From Actinomycetota bacterium (GTDB lineage Bacteria; Actinomycetota; Aquicultoria; Subteraquimicrobiales; UBA9087): 64,000 nucleotides of DNA. Under the pieces are notes generated by a model that saw only the letters and a list, made by a program, of their open reading frames with translations, ran no database searches and was not told the DNA's origin. Where the stretch lies: assembly GCA_030019215.1 (NCBI GenBank), contig JASEEZ010000001.1, positions 16,588-80,587 on the forward strand, given 5' to 3'. This document shows, one piece after another, positions 11,186 to 21,884 of the stretch (position 1 is its first letter; each line of letters starts with the position of its first letter). The position numbers and the translations under genes are program-made.

Positions 11186-11388
11186 TCTTACCCCATTAAC
11201 TCCGAATACTAGGAAAGATCATCAAACTGGAACCCAATCCAACCCCGCCACAGACGGAGAGTCCTGGGTTTATTAAGAACCTTAACGGAGACTTCATGCC
11301 GATCCACTTTCGTAAGATATATCCTGCCTCCAAAACCGCACCCTTGACCTCGCCAACGGCGGGGCCACAAGCGGGAATGAAATTAACT

Positions 11389-11419
11389 TATCTTAACACT
11401 GCTAAAAAAGTAGTGTCAA
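11389..11419 (-). promoter_or_regulatory. Sigma-70-type promoter for guaB-guaA
   Basis: TTGACA-N18-TAAGAT with an extended TG on the minus strand. Confidence 0.6.
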
Positions 11420-11452
11420 GGTAACTAAAAAACGGGAATTCTCGAAAAAGCC

Positions 11453-11480
11453 TAAAGTTTTCATAGGTTTTTGCCGATAT
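11453..11480 (+). promoter_or_regulatory. Sigma-28 (FliA/SigD/WhiG)-type promoter
   Basis: TAAA-N16-GCCGATAT, 33 nt upstream of ATG 11514. Confidence 0.75.
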
Positions 11481-11513
11481 AAAAATTACCACATCTTAAA
11501 GACGGAGGGAGAG

Positions 11514-11696
11514 ATGCTGTGTCCTAAGTGTGGTTGGCAGATGAAGCCGATGAACCAACAGAGACACGGACGATTCAGAGACACACTATACCAGTGCAGA
11601 TGTGGTCTAACTCACCTAGAAATCGCACCAATATCCAGAATAAGACACAAGAAACCGACCAAAGCACAGGTAGTAGCCGAAAAAGCCCTCGTTTAA
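11514..11696 (+). CDS. Small basic zinc-ribbon protein (CPKC...CRC...H)
   Basis: RBS GGAGGG, its own sigma-28 promoter and its own terminator. Confidence 0.7.
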   Translation: MLCPKCGWQMKPMNQQRHGRFRDTLYQCRCGLTHLEIAPISRIRHKKPTKAQVVAEKALV

Positions 11697-11709
11697 ACGA
11701 GGGCTTTTT
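11681..11709 (+). terminator. Intrinsic terminator
   Basis: AAAAGCCCTCGTTTAAACGAGGGCTTTTT. Confidence 0.8.
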
Positions 11710-11842
11710 CCTTTTCGCTTTTTCTGTCCCTCCGCCGTAGGCGGGGAGTGAGTCTTGCCTTCGTATCCTCCATCCTTCAACCCTGTTCAGGATGACCTTG
11801 AGCCTGTCGGAAGGTCAGGGCAATCTTGGATGAAACGAAGGA

Positions 11843-13775
<1,933 letters not shown>

Positions 13776-13800
13776 TTATCAACCCTCCCTTTCCGAAATT

Positions 13801-13827
13801 TTAGCACTCCCACTGTAGGAGTGCTAA
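13801..13827. promoter_or_regulatory. CIRCE element (HrcA operator)
   Basis: Exact TTAGCACTC-N9-GAGTGCTAA upstream of groES. Confidence 0.97.
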
Positions 13828-13838
13828 GAACAGAACAT

Positions 13839-13867
13839 ATCTTATACTACCAGAAAAACCAAGTCAA
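13839..13867 (-). promoter_or_regulatory. Sigma-70-type promoter for groESL
   Basis: TTGACT-N17-TAAGAT immediately upstream of CIRCE. Confidence 0.7.
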
Positions 13868-15411
13868 GGACGAGATTTAAAAATTTTTCGAGCGGGGGTG
13901 CAGCTCAAAAACCCACCCGCGGTGAGAATCAGACAAATGCAGGAAAAGACGTCACCGAAACGGGCATAGAAGGTCAAATTCTCTGCGAAAGCGACTTCGC
14001 CTATCAAAATCCTCCGTTCAAATAGATTCGTCTCCTCTAAAATACATCCTCGAGGATCGATGATCGCGGTTATGCCGCTGTTGGCTGCCTGGACGACATA
14101 GACACCATTTTCAATCGCCCGCAGAGCGGTCATTTCCACATGCTGGCGAGCGGCGGCTGTCCTCTCAAACCAGGCATCGTTGGTGATGGTAATCAGCATC
14201 CTCGCTCCCTTCTTGACCAACCTTCGGCAGAGGATGGAGTTGGTCGATTCAAAGCAAATCGTCGCCCCAAATGTCCCCCGGCCAATTTTAAAGACGGTCA
14301 ATTCCTCACCGGGAACGATGTCCTCTCCGAGACCGGCCACCCCCCGAATCCAGCCAAAAAGGGGATCCAGGGGAATGTACTCGCCGAAGGGAACGGGATA
14401 AATTTTATCGTATCGCTCCACAACCTCACCCGCGGGTGAGAGCAGGAAAGCTGAGTTGTGGAGTCCGTCTTCTTCAAAAAGACTCCCCAACAAGAGGTAG
14501 CACTGCTCCTTACCACAGAGGCGAGAGATGTCATCCAGATAAGCCTTTTCGGCGGAGAAATCACCGGGAATGGCGGTTTCGGGCCAGACAATAAGATGGG
14601 GGCGGAACTCCACAGCCTCCTCAGTCAGCCGAGAGTAAATCCCTCGAATTTCCTCCTCCTTTCCACCCTCCAACTTCTCCCACTGAGGGATACTGGGCTG
14701 GGCGATCGCCACCTTGAGGGGTTCCTTACCGACTCTACCCGTCAAATAACCAAAACAGCCGCCGCCGAGGATCAGCAACAAAATCCCGGCCACCAAACCA
14801 ACCTGCTTAAACAGTAAACCCCGCCATCGGCGGGGCGCAGGTGGGGAGAGATAACGAGCCTCGCCACTCTCTCTATAAGCCAGCAAGAGTTCAACCGAGA
14901 CCATGTTGACCAGCACGATCAGATAAGAGATACCATAGACGCCGGTGAACTTGGCCATCTGGAGGATGAATGGATTCGGCTGCTGACTGTAACCAAGCAC
15001 GCCCCAGGAAAAACCCCAGGAACCGATGGATCTCAAGAACTCCAGCGACACCCACCAGGCGGGAAGAAGAAACAGACGTCCCCAACTTTCACATCCTCGG
15101 ATTATCAGAGCCGCTCCCAGAGCGAAAAGGGCAAAGGTGACTGCTTCCAGCAGAACGGGAAGAAACCAGGCCAGAAAGCCTAGAAACCCATAGAAGCGAA
15201 CCAGGACGAGTGGCCAATAGGTCAGGCCACCGAAGAAAACGAGGCCCACGATGAGACCATAAAGAAAGGATCTAGAGAGCGAGGATTCATAAATCAGCCA
15301 TAAGAATGGGATTAAGGCAAACCAAACTACGAAGCTGACGGAGAAATTGGGAAAGGCGAGGACGAGGAGGAGACCCGACAAAACAGCCAAAACCACCTCT
15401 CTTGAGCCCAT
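13864..15411 (-). CDS. lnt: Apolipoprotein N-acyltransferase
   Basis: N-terminal TM helices; nitrilase triad motifs VWPETA, YDKIYPVPFGEY, ICFES; TNDAWF. Confidence 0.93.
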   Translation of the reverse strand: MGSREVVLAVLSGLLLVLAFPNFSVSFVVWFALIPFLWLIYESSLSRSFLYGLIVGLVFFGGLTYWPLVLVRFYGFLGFLAWFLPVLLEAVTFALFALGAALIIRGCESWGRLFLLPAWWVSLEFLRSIGSWGFSWGVLGYSQQPNPFILQMAKFTGVYGISYLIVLVNMVSVELLLAYRESGEARYLSPPAPRRWRGLLFKQVGLVAGILLLILGGGCFGYLTGRVGKEPLKVAIAQPSIPQWEKLEGGKEEEIRGIYSRLTEEAVEFRPHLIVWPETAIPGDFSAEKAYLDDISRLCGKEQCYLLLGSLFEEDGLHNSAFLLSPAGEVVERYDKIYPVPFGEYIPLDPLFGWIRGVAGLGEDIVPGEELTVFKIGRGTFGATICFESTNSILCRRLVKKGARMLITITNDAWFERTAAARQHVEMTALRAIENGVYVVQAANSGITAIIDPRGCILEETNLFERRILIGEVAFAENLTFYARFGDVFSCICLILTAGGFLSCTPARKIFKSRP

Positions 15412-15456
15412 TCCCCCTCCTTTTAGGAAAGACACGGCTCTCCACCCCCGGTGGGA

Positions 15457-15538
15457 ATATCCACAAGGTCACAAACGTTATCCAATTTAAAAGACCAGTT
15501 CAACCAGAATTTATTTAGAGTTATCCACATTATCCACA
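15457..15538 (+). promoter_or_regulatory. DnaA-box cluster
   Basis: TTATCCACA at 15521-15529 and 15530-15538, ATATCCACA at 15457, TTATCCAAT at 15478. Confidence 0.6.
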
Positions 15539-15583
15539 GAGCAAAAATCACCCTCTTTACCTCCATAAATCCAGTTTATAGCC

Positions 15584-16612
15584 CTACTGAACAGGAGAAC
15601 CCAGAGAGAGGTTGGGATCGGGATTTGCCTCGAAAGACAACCTTTCGTCCTTCAGATACCAAAAGTGGCCGGCGCAGGCGATCATCGCCGCATTGTCGGT
15701 ACAGAGTTCAATGGAGGGGTAAAATAGAGTCATCTTCTTCCCCATGGCCTCCCTCAACTTCTCCCTCAAAGCGGTATTGGCAGCCACTCCTCCCGCCAGG
15801 ACGATCTTGTCAACTCCCTTCTCCTCCGCCGCCCGCAGTGTCTTGTGAACCTGAACATCGATGATGGCCGCCTGGAAACTGGCCACCAGATCGGGTAGAT
15901 TCACCTCTCTATCCTCATCCCTCGCTCGAGCCACGTAGTTCAAGACAGCCGTCTTGAGACCGCTGAGGCTGAAGTCGTAGTCCTTTGTTTTCAGCATCGC
16001 CCGGGGAAAATCAATGGCTTTCGGATTCCCTTTCCTGGCAAGCTCATCGATGATGGGACCACCGGGATAACCGAGACCCAAAAACTTGGCGATTTTGTCG
16101 AAGGCCTCACCAGCGGCATCGTCCAGCGTCTCCCCCAGAACATCGTAATTTCCATAATCCCTCACATGAACGAGAGAGGTATGACCACCGGAGACCACCA
16201 GGGAAACGAAGGGCGGTTTCAAGTTCGGATGCTCCAAGAAATTGGCGAAGATGTGCCCCTCCAGATGATTCACGCCAATGAGGGGGAGACCGGCGACGTA
16301 AGAAAGAGCCTTGGCCTCGGCCATCCCAATGAGCAGAGCTCCCATCAACCCCGGACCTCGCGTGACGGCGATGGCGGTTAAATCACCGAGAGCCACTCCC
16401 GCCTCTGTGAGGGCCTCGGAAACGACGAGATTGATCAACTCCAGATGCTTTCGGGAGGCGATCTCGGGAACCACTCCCCCGAACTTCCGGTGCCAGTCGA
16501 CCTGTGAGGAGACAACATTTGAAAGGATACGCCTGCCGTGCGCGACCACAGCCGCGGACGTCTCATCACAAGAAGTCTCTATCCCTAAGATGAGAAGGGA
16601 TTTTCCGGTCAT
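15584..16612 (-). CDS. tsaD: tRNA threonylcarbamoyltransferase TsaD
   Basis: GIETSCDETS, GGVVPEIASRKH, NHLEGH, SGGHT, DDAAGEAFDK, CTDNAAMI. Confidence 0.97.
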   Translation of the reverse strand: MTGKSLLILGIETSCDETSAAVVAHGRRILSNVVSSQVDWHRKFGGVVPEIASRKHLELINLVVSEALTEAGVALGDLTAIAVTRGPGLMGALLIGMAEAKALSYVAGLPLIGVNHLEGHIFANFLEHPNLKPPFVSLVVSGGHTSLVHVRDYGNYDVLGETLDDAAGEAFDKIAKFLGLGYPGGPIIDELARKGNPKAIDFPRAMLKTKDYDFSLSGLKTAVLNYVARARDEDREVNLPDLVASFQAAIIDVQVHKTLRAAEEKGVDKIVLAGGVAANTALREKLREAMGKKMTLFYPSIELCTDNAAMIACAGHFWYLKDERLSFEANPDPNLSLGSPVQ

Positions 16613-16680
16613 AACTGTTCCCCGATTACAATTACCCACCCACTATTTTAAGGAGATTCGAACCAAAACACTAATGAAAC

Positions 16681-16977
16681 TCAGCCTCTCAGCCAGAACT
16701 TGGCCAGACCCAGCAGACCGTCCTCCCAAAAAATCAGCAACATGCGCAGGGCCCTTTCTGTCCTCAAGTGCTGTTCATCATAGGTCTTTCGCGAAATGGG
16801 ATCGGAGAGGATCCGGTAGGCCTCATTGAGATCCTGCATCTTCTTCGTTGCCCGATCTCTTCGATCCCACGATTGCCTATCGGGGTGATACTTAAAGGAC
16901 AGTGTCTTGTAGGCCTTCTCGATCACCTCCGGAGAGGCATCGTGGTGAACCTCCAGAATCTCGTAATAATCCTTCAT
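16681..16977 (-). CDS. Small J-domain protein
   Basis: DYYEILEV...AYK...YHPD...LNEAYRILSD; RBS GAGGAG. Confidence 0.85.
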   Translation of the reverse strand: MKDYYEILEVHHDASPEVIEKAYKTLSFKYHPDRQSWDRRDRATKKMQDLNEAYRILSDPISRKTYDEQHLRTERALRMLLIFWEDGLLGLAKFWLRG

Positions 16978-17077
16978 CGCACTCCTCAATACAACGCATA
17001 CATCTTAACTTCGGGCATCGGATAGTGCCACGGATTGTAGGTGACCAGCGCGAGACCTTTGACCACCGCACACCCCT

Positions 17078-17989
17078 TCAGAATAGACCATCCAGTCTCC
17101 ACAAACCTTCCTCGCGAGCCATCCTCACCGCCTCCTCGAATTCGGCCGGCGTTATCCGACGATCGAGGGGAGGATTTTCGAAGGCCTTGTAACAGGGATA
17201 GTACTGGTTCATCACATTCACATAAGTATCGGAGGATATCTCCTTGGCCAAAAATCTCATGACCTCCCTGGTTCCAGCCAAACCCCCGGGCAGAACCAGA
17301 TGACGCACCAGAAGCCCCCGCAGGGCGATACCCCTCCCGTCCAGAACCAGGTCGCCGACCTGACGATGCATCTCCTTGATAGCCACCTTCGCCATCTGAG
17401 GATAGTCCTTAGCCCGAGCGAGCCTCTGAGCTACATTGCTATCGGCGTACTTGAAGTCAGGCATATAGATGTCGAAGACGCCATCCAAAAGCCTCAAGGT
17501 CTTCAGCGCATCATAGCCACCGGTGTTGTACACTAGGGGGATGTTCAATCCCCCCTCTATGGCCTGGGGAAGAGCTCCCAAAATCTGGGGGACAAAATGT
17601 GTGGGCGTGACAAAATTGATATTGTGGCAGCCAAGTCGCTGGAGGTAGAGCATCATCTGAGCCAGCTCTTCTAAGGAAACCTCCCGACCCTCCCCCAGAT
17701 GGCTGATGGTGTAGTTCTGGCAGAAGAGACAGCCAAGATTGCAGTGAGCCAAAAAGATGGTCCCCGACCCATGCATTCCGACCAGGGGTCTTTCCTCTCC
17801 AAAATGGGGGTGGCAGCTGGAGATCATGGGAAGTTCCCCCACCCGGCAGAATCCCTTCTCCCCGGCCAACCTGTCGACGTCGCATCCGCGGGGACAAATG
17901 GAGCACTTCCTGAGCTTCTCGTAGGCTAGCTTGACCCTTTGAGCGAGCTCACCTTGCTCATATAACTTTATATAACTGGGCTGGAACAC
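17078..17989 (-). CDS. Radical SAM protein, PflX family
   Basis: CSICPRGC, HFGEE, GSGTIF, CNLGCLFCQN, GCHNINFVTPTH, DIYMPDFKY, RHLVLP. Confidence 0.9.
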   Translation of the reverse strand: MFQPSYIKLYEQGELAQRVKLAYEKLRKCSICPRGCDVDRLAGEKGFCRVGELPMISSCHPHFGEERPLVGMHGSGTIFLAHCNLGCLFCQNYTISHLGEGREVSLEELAQMMLYLQRLGCHNINFVTPTHFVPQILGALPQAIEGGLNIPLVYNTGGYDALKTLRLLDGVFDIYMPDFKYADSNVAQRLARAKDYPQMAKVAIKEMHRQVGDLVLDGRGIALRGLLVRHLVLPGGLAGTREVMRFLAKEISSDTYVNVMNQYYPCYKAFENPPLDRRITPAEFEEAVRMAREEGLWRLDGLF

Positions 17990-18042
17990 ACCGACTCACC
18001 AATTAGACGATAGCACCAAGGTTTCAGCTCCCGAAAGCTCAG

Positions 18043-18300
18043 CTATTCCAGAACCTTGTAGACCACGTCGTGCTCCCTGACGTGCTCCTTGACCTTGAGC
18101 CCGATGGACTGACCCGCCTTGGCGCTCTGAACAGTCTCGTGTTCGATCTGCATTGATTCAATTTCCTGCGTCAAGTCAGTGGTGTGCCCCTTGATGTGGA
18201 TGGTATCACCGACACTCAAGGTGCCTTTCGTTATCTCGACGACCCCGACACCCAGGTTGGTGAAGTAGTGAGTTACTCTGCCAATCTCCTCTTCTGGCAT
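18043..18300 (-). CDS. Small beta-barrel protein (translation-factor-like / peptidase U32 C-terminal-like)
   Basis: IGRVTHYF...GVGVV...GDTIHIKGHTT...SMQIEH...GLKV...VRxHDxVYK pattern. Confidence 0.75.
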   Translation of the reverse strand: MPEEEIGRVTHYFTNLGVGVVEITKGTLSVGDTIHIKGHTTDLTQEIESMQIEHETVQSAKAGQSIGLKVKEHVREHDVVYKVLE

Positions 18301-18348
18301 TCCGATCCCTCCCTCTCTAGCATCCTCCTATTCTTCTTCACCAAAGAA

Positions 18349-18885
18349 TCAAGATTTCCTCCCCCTCTCGCGCAACTCCTCTCGCAACCCTTTCAACCGC
18401 TTCAGATAATCCTCCGAGGTTATATCTCCTGTCCACATGACCACCGCATCCTCACCGGTATCAGAATAATAACCCTTCCTCAAACCCACCTCCCAGAAGC
18501 CAAATTTCCGGTAGAACTCTTGAGCTACCAAATTCGGCTTCCTAACCTCTAAGATCAACCGCTTTATGCCCCTTCTCGTCGCCGATTCGATCAAAGACAA
18601 CACCAAGAGAGTGCCTATACCCTTTCTCCTGTATTTGAAATCGACAGCCAGGTTGGTGATGTGCCCCTCATCCCCCACCTGGAAAAGTCCAGTATAGCCA
18701 ACCACCCGGCCGGGGATTTTGGCCACCAGATAAATGGTCGCTCCCGCTCCCGTTCCACCGGTCTTGGCCAGTTCATTCTCGAATACGCCTCGCCTCCATG
18801 GGGAAGGGAAGGTTCTCCTCTCGATGAAACAAACCTCTTCCAGATCCTCACGGGACATATTGAGGATCTCAACTTCACCAATCAC
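18349..18885 (-). CDS. rimI: Ribosomal-protein-alanine N-acetyltransferase RimI
   Basis: FPSPW, HITNLAV, RRKGIG, LEVR, RKGYY, EDAVVM; follows tsaB. Confidence 0.92.
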   Translation of the reverse strand: MIGEVEILNMSREDLEEVCFIERRTFPSPWRRGVFENELAKTGGTGAGATIYLVAKIPGRVVGYTGLFQVGDEGHITNLAVDFKYRRKGIGTLLVLSLIESATRRGIKRLILEVRKPNLVAQEFYRKFGFWEVGLRKGYYSDTGEDAVVMWTGDITSEDYLKRLKGLREELRERGRKS

Positions 18886-19610
18886 TGAAGTTTTTCCCCT
18901 CTTCTTAACAGTTTCTCCTCAGCTTCAGATAGGCGAGCGTAGATGGGGACCAGTTCGTTGTAATCCCCTTTTTCCGCAGAAAATTTCAGCGCACCCAGGA
19001 TGAGAAGGTTAGAAGCCTTGGGAAACCAAAGCCGAGAGGGGGCAAAATGAGCATTCTTAAGACGGTTTTTGAACAGCTCCCCGTAACCAACTATGGCGTC
19101 TCCGGTCAAAATCACCCCTTCAGGGTGAACCTTCAGGGTGAACCCCGGGTGCCCCCGCAAGAGAGAACAAAGGACCTCCGGGGCCATCGCCCTGTGGTCA
19201 GTCAGGCGTTTAAGACATCCCCGAGGAAATTCATAGAGCGCGGCATAGACCTCCCCTCTCTTGGCATCGAGGGCCACGCAAACGGGTTTCTTGGAGGAAA
19301 TGAAATTGTAGGCTATGCAATCGAGGGTGGACACCCCCACCACGGGCTTGTTTAACCCCTGAGCCAGACCCCTGGCAATGCTCACCCCGATCCTCACTCC
19401 CGTGAACGAGCCCGGCCCCAATCCCACAACTAGACCATCGACGTCGTGTATGGAAAAACCCGATTGCCCCAGAATGCGGTCGATGAGAGGCAGAAGCTTC
19501 TCCATATGGGCTTTGGGGGCGGCGACGGTCGCCTCACCACACACACCATCTTCCGCTCCTACCGCCACCGTGCAGACATCCGTGGCGGTATCAAAGGCTA
19601 AAGTCAGCAC
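18882..19610 (-). CDS. tsaB: t6A biosynthesis protein TsaB
   Basis: LAFDTAT, GPGSFTGVRIG, DAKRGEVY, PIYAR. Confidence 0.93.
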   Translation of the reverse strand: MLTLAFDTATDVCTVAVGAEDGVCGEATVAAPKAHMEKLLPLIDRILGQSGFSIHDVDGLVVGLGPGSFTGVRIGVSIARGLAQGLNKPVVGVSTLDCIAYNFISSKKPVCVALDAKRGEVYAALYEFPRGCLKRLTDHRAMAPEVLCSLLRGHPGFTLKVHPEGVILTGDAIVGYGELFKNRLKNAHFAPSRLWFPKASNLLILGALKFSAEKGDYNELVPIYARLSEAEEKLLRRGEKLQ

Positions 19611-19730
19611 CTCCACCTCCAGAGAACACAAAGAAAGTATATTCTCGGCAAAGTCGAAGTGTCAAACTCCTCCAGCCCTTCAAACCGAGGCCACTGATTC
19701 GTCTTGACCTTTCAGCGAATAAATTATTTA

Positions 19731-19938
19731 CTAGTACCGTTACAACTTAATTTACCCCGTACCACAGAAGGCCATGCCCTGCACCATAAAAGGTACAGGG
19801 TGAATGGGCAATGAGACCCGAAGAGCAGCGCCCAAAGCTACGGACATGAGCTCATGGTACGGGGTTTATCTGGTATTGGTGAGTTCAGGTTTGTACTTGC
19901 TAAAAAATGATCTTCTGACAGAGTTGTAACGGCACAAG
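19731..19938. mobile_element. MITE-like element, second copy of the 17-bp TIR family
   Basis: CTAGTACCGTTACAACT (19731-19747) and AGTTGTAACGGCACAAG (19922-19938); nested ACCCCGTACCA/TGGTACGGGGT inverted repeat inside. Confidence 0.7.
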
Positions 19939-19978
19939 AGAGGTAACTCAGCAACTCTACCATCAGCGGAGAAATGAT

Positions 19979-21382
19979 ATGAAACACCTGAGGATGGAGC
20001 CCAAACGGAAAAACATCGGCGAAATCCTGAAGCACCCAATCGTTCAGGAACTCGGTCAGCTATTCAAAAGGGCCGATAAACAACTATATCTAGTGGGTGG
20101 GAGCGTGCGTGATGCTCTGCTTGGAGAGTTCCACAAGGACTTCGACTTCGCCACAGACGCCACGCCGGGGGAGAGCGCCCAAATCGTCAAGAAATGGGCA
20201 AGTAACCTCTGGTTAATTGGGGCGAGGTTCGGCACCGTGGCGCTGACGAAAGGAGAAACGAAGATAGAGATAACCACCTTCCGCAGCGAAATCTACCCCG
20301 AGGATACCCGCCATCCCCAAGTCCGCTTCTCCAAGGATATAATGACCGATCTCTCACGCCGGGATTTCACCATCAATGCCTTGGCCATCAAGGTGCCGGA
20401 GGGGGAACTGCTCGACCCCTTTGGTGGCCAAGCGGACTTAGAGGAGAAAATCTTAAGGACCCCTCTCAAACCCGAGAGGTCATTCACGGACGACCCCTTG
20501 AGGATGCTCAGGGTGGTTCGCTTTGTCGCCACCCTGGGACTGAGGGTCTCTCCCGAGGTCAAAGAGGCCATAAAAACACACCATTCGACGCTCTCCATAG
20601 TCTCCAAAGAACGAATACGAGATGAGTTTTCCCGGACAATAACCGGTGCTCATCCGGTGAGGGCCCTTCGATTGATGATGAGTACCCACCTGGCGGACGA
20701 GGTAATTCCCGAATTGAAAAGTCTAAAGATAATGCAAGATCCAGACTACCATCACAAGGACGTCCTCGAGCATACCTTTATGGTTGTCCAGAGGGTCAAG
20801 CCCGATTTGGCCCTTCGTTTGGCGGCAATCCTGCACGATCTGGGCAAACCCAAAGCCAAAAGGGTAATCGATGGGCGGGTAACTTTTTACAATCACGACC
20901 TCATCGGGGCCAAAATGGCCGAAAAGAGACTTCGAGAGCTGAGGTACCCACTCCAATTGATAGAGGAAGCGGTCAAGCTAATAGCACTGCACATGCGGGC
21001 CTACACCTATTACCTAGGCTGGACGGACAAAGCGGTCCGCAAATACATCCGGGATGCCGGAGGGCTCTCGCCTAAACTCCATGCGCTGATTAGAGCCGAC
21101 TGCACGAGTTTAAACCCCATGAGGGTAAAAAAAGCCCTGGCCATGCTCGATGAGCTGGAAGCGAGGATAAAAGAGCTCGAAGCCAAAGAGGAATCGGCTA
21201 AGATCAGGCCACCCCTCGACGGACATGAGGTCATGGCATTTCTAAGCATCTCCCCCGGCCCCCTGGTCGGCGAAGCCCTTAATCTCCTCCTGGAGAGCAA
21301 ACTCGAGGGAACCATCTCCACAAAAGAAGAGGCCCGCGAACTCCTCAAGAAATGGGCAGCAGAGAAGGGGCTCTTAAAATAG
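19979..21382 (+). CDS. cca: CCA tRNA nucleotidyltransferase with HD domain
   Basis: LVGGSVRD, DFDFAT, RRDFTINA, DDPLRMLR, ERIRDE, LHDLGK. Confidence 0.9.
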   Translation: MKHLRMEPKRKNIGEILKHPIVQELGQLFKRADKQLYLVGGSVRDALLGEFHKDFDFATDATPGESAQIVKKWASNLWLIGARFGTVALTKGETKIEITTFRSEIYPEDTRHPQVRFSKDIMTDLSRRDFTINALAIKVPEGELLDPFGGQADLEEKILRTPLKPERSFTDDPLRMLRVVRFVATLGLRVSPEVKEAIKTHHSTLSIVSKERIRDEFSRTITGAHPVRALRLMMSTHLADEVIPELKSLKIMQDPDYHHKDVLEHTFMVVQRVKPDLALRLAAILHDLGKPKAKRVIDGRVTFYNHDLIGAKMAEKRLRELRYPLQLIEEAVKLIALHMRAYTYYLGWTDKAVRKYIRDAGGLSPKLHALIRADCTSLNPMRVKKALAMLDELEARIKELEAKEESAKIRPPLDGHEVMAFLSISPGPLVGEALNLLLESKLEGTISTKEEARELLKKWAAEKGLLK

Positions 21383-21451
21383 TTTGTCGAGCCCGGCCTG
21401 CCTGCCGTCAGGCAGTCACGGAGGATTGCAAGTAGCAAGGGATAGAAAAAA

Positions 21452-21644
21452 GGAGAGCCTTCGCACCGATTATCAGCATCTCCAAGAATGGAAACCCATT
21501 CGAGGGGACCCGCCCCCGATGCGATCGAGAGTGGAATCCCTCCAAAGCTGATATCTTATGCCCGGTGACCTCCGGAATCTCGAACTAACACGGTAACCGA
21601 CGCCATGCTAATCCGATATCCTTCGATCCCTTCATCTGCTCTCC
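21452..21644 (-). ncRNA. Candidate rod-shaped ncRNA (6S/Ms1-like), downstream unit
   Basis: GGAGAGC/GCUCUCC closing helix, internal bubble, AUUAGCAU/AUGCUGAU helix, 3' U-run; no credible long ORF. Confidence 0.4.
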
Positions 21645-21662
21645 TCAAATGTCCTCAACCAG

Positions 21663-21816
21663 CCGGCCCGCGCCGTGGATACTGACCCCACAGCTCACGC
21701 AAAAGTGAGTTCTGCCAAAACCTTCGGTGTAGCCTAAAAGGCTGCACGTCCAGCTCCGGACCCGAACTCGCAATGTGGGAAGTGCTGGATTCAGTTTCCA
21801 GTGCAACGCGGGCCGG
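21663..21816 (-). ncRNA. Candidate 6S-like RNA
   Basis: 10-bp closing helix CCGGCCCGCG/CGCGGGCCGG, internal ACUCAC/GUGAG hairpin, and a TATAAT -10 box near 21850-21855. Confidence 0.55.
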
Positions 21817-21884
21817 GATTTCAACTGGGCTTCTCTGCCCTCCAACAACATTATATAGCAACCAAGAGAGAAAATAAATCAACC

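Noticed and set aside
11190..11385. Purine or ppGpp/PRPP riboswitch upstream of guaB
   Set aside because: The leader is long, but I found no diagnostic core motif or terminator. It needs an Rfam scan.
11514..11696. WhiB-family assignment based on position
   Set aside because: The Cys spacing and G(V/I)WGG motif of WhiB are absent.
15440..15580. Replication origin oriC
   Set aside because: No dnaA, dnaN or parAB nearby, few boxes, and no switch in gene orientation.
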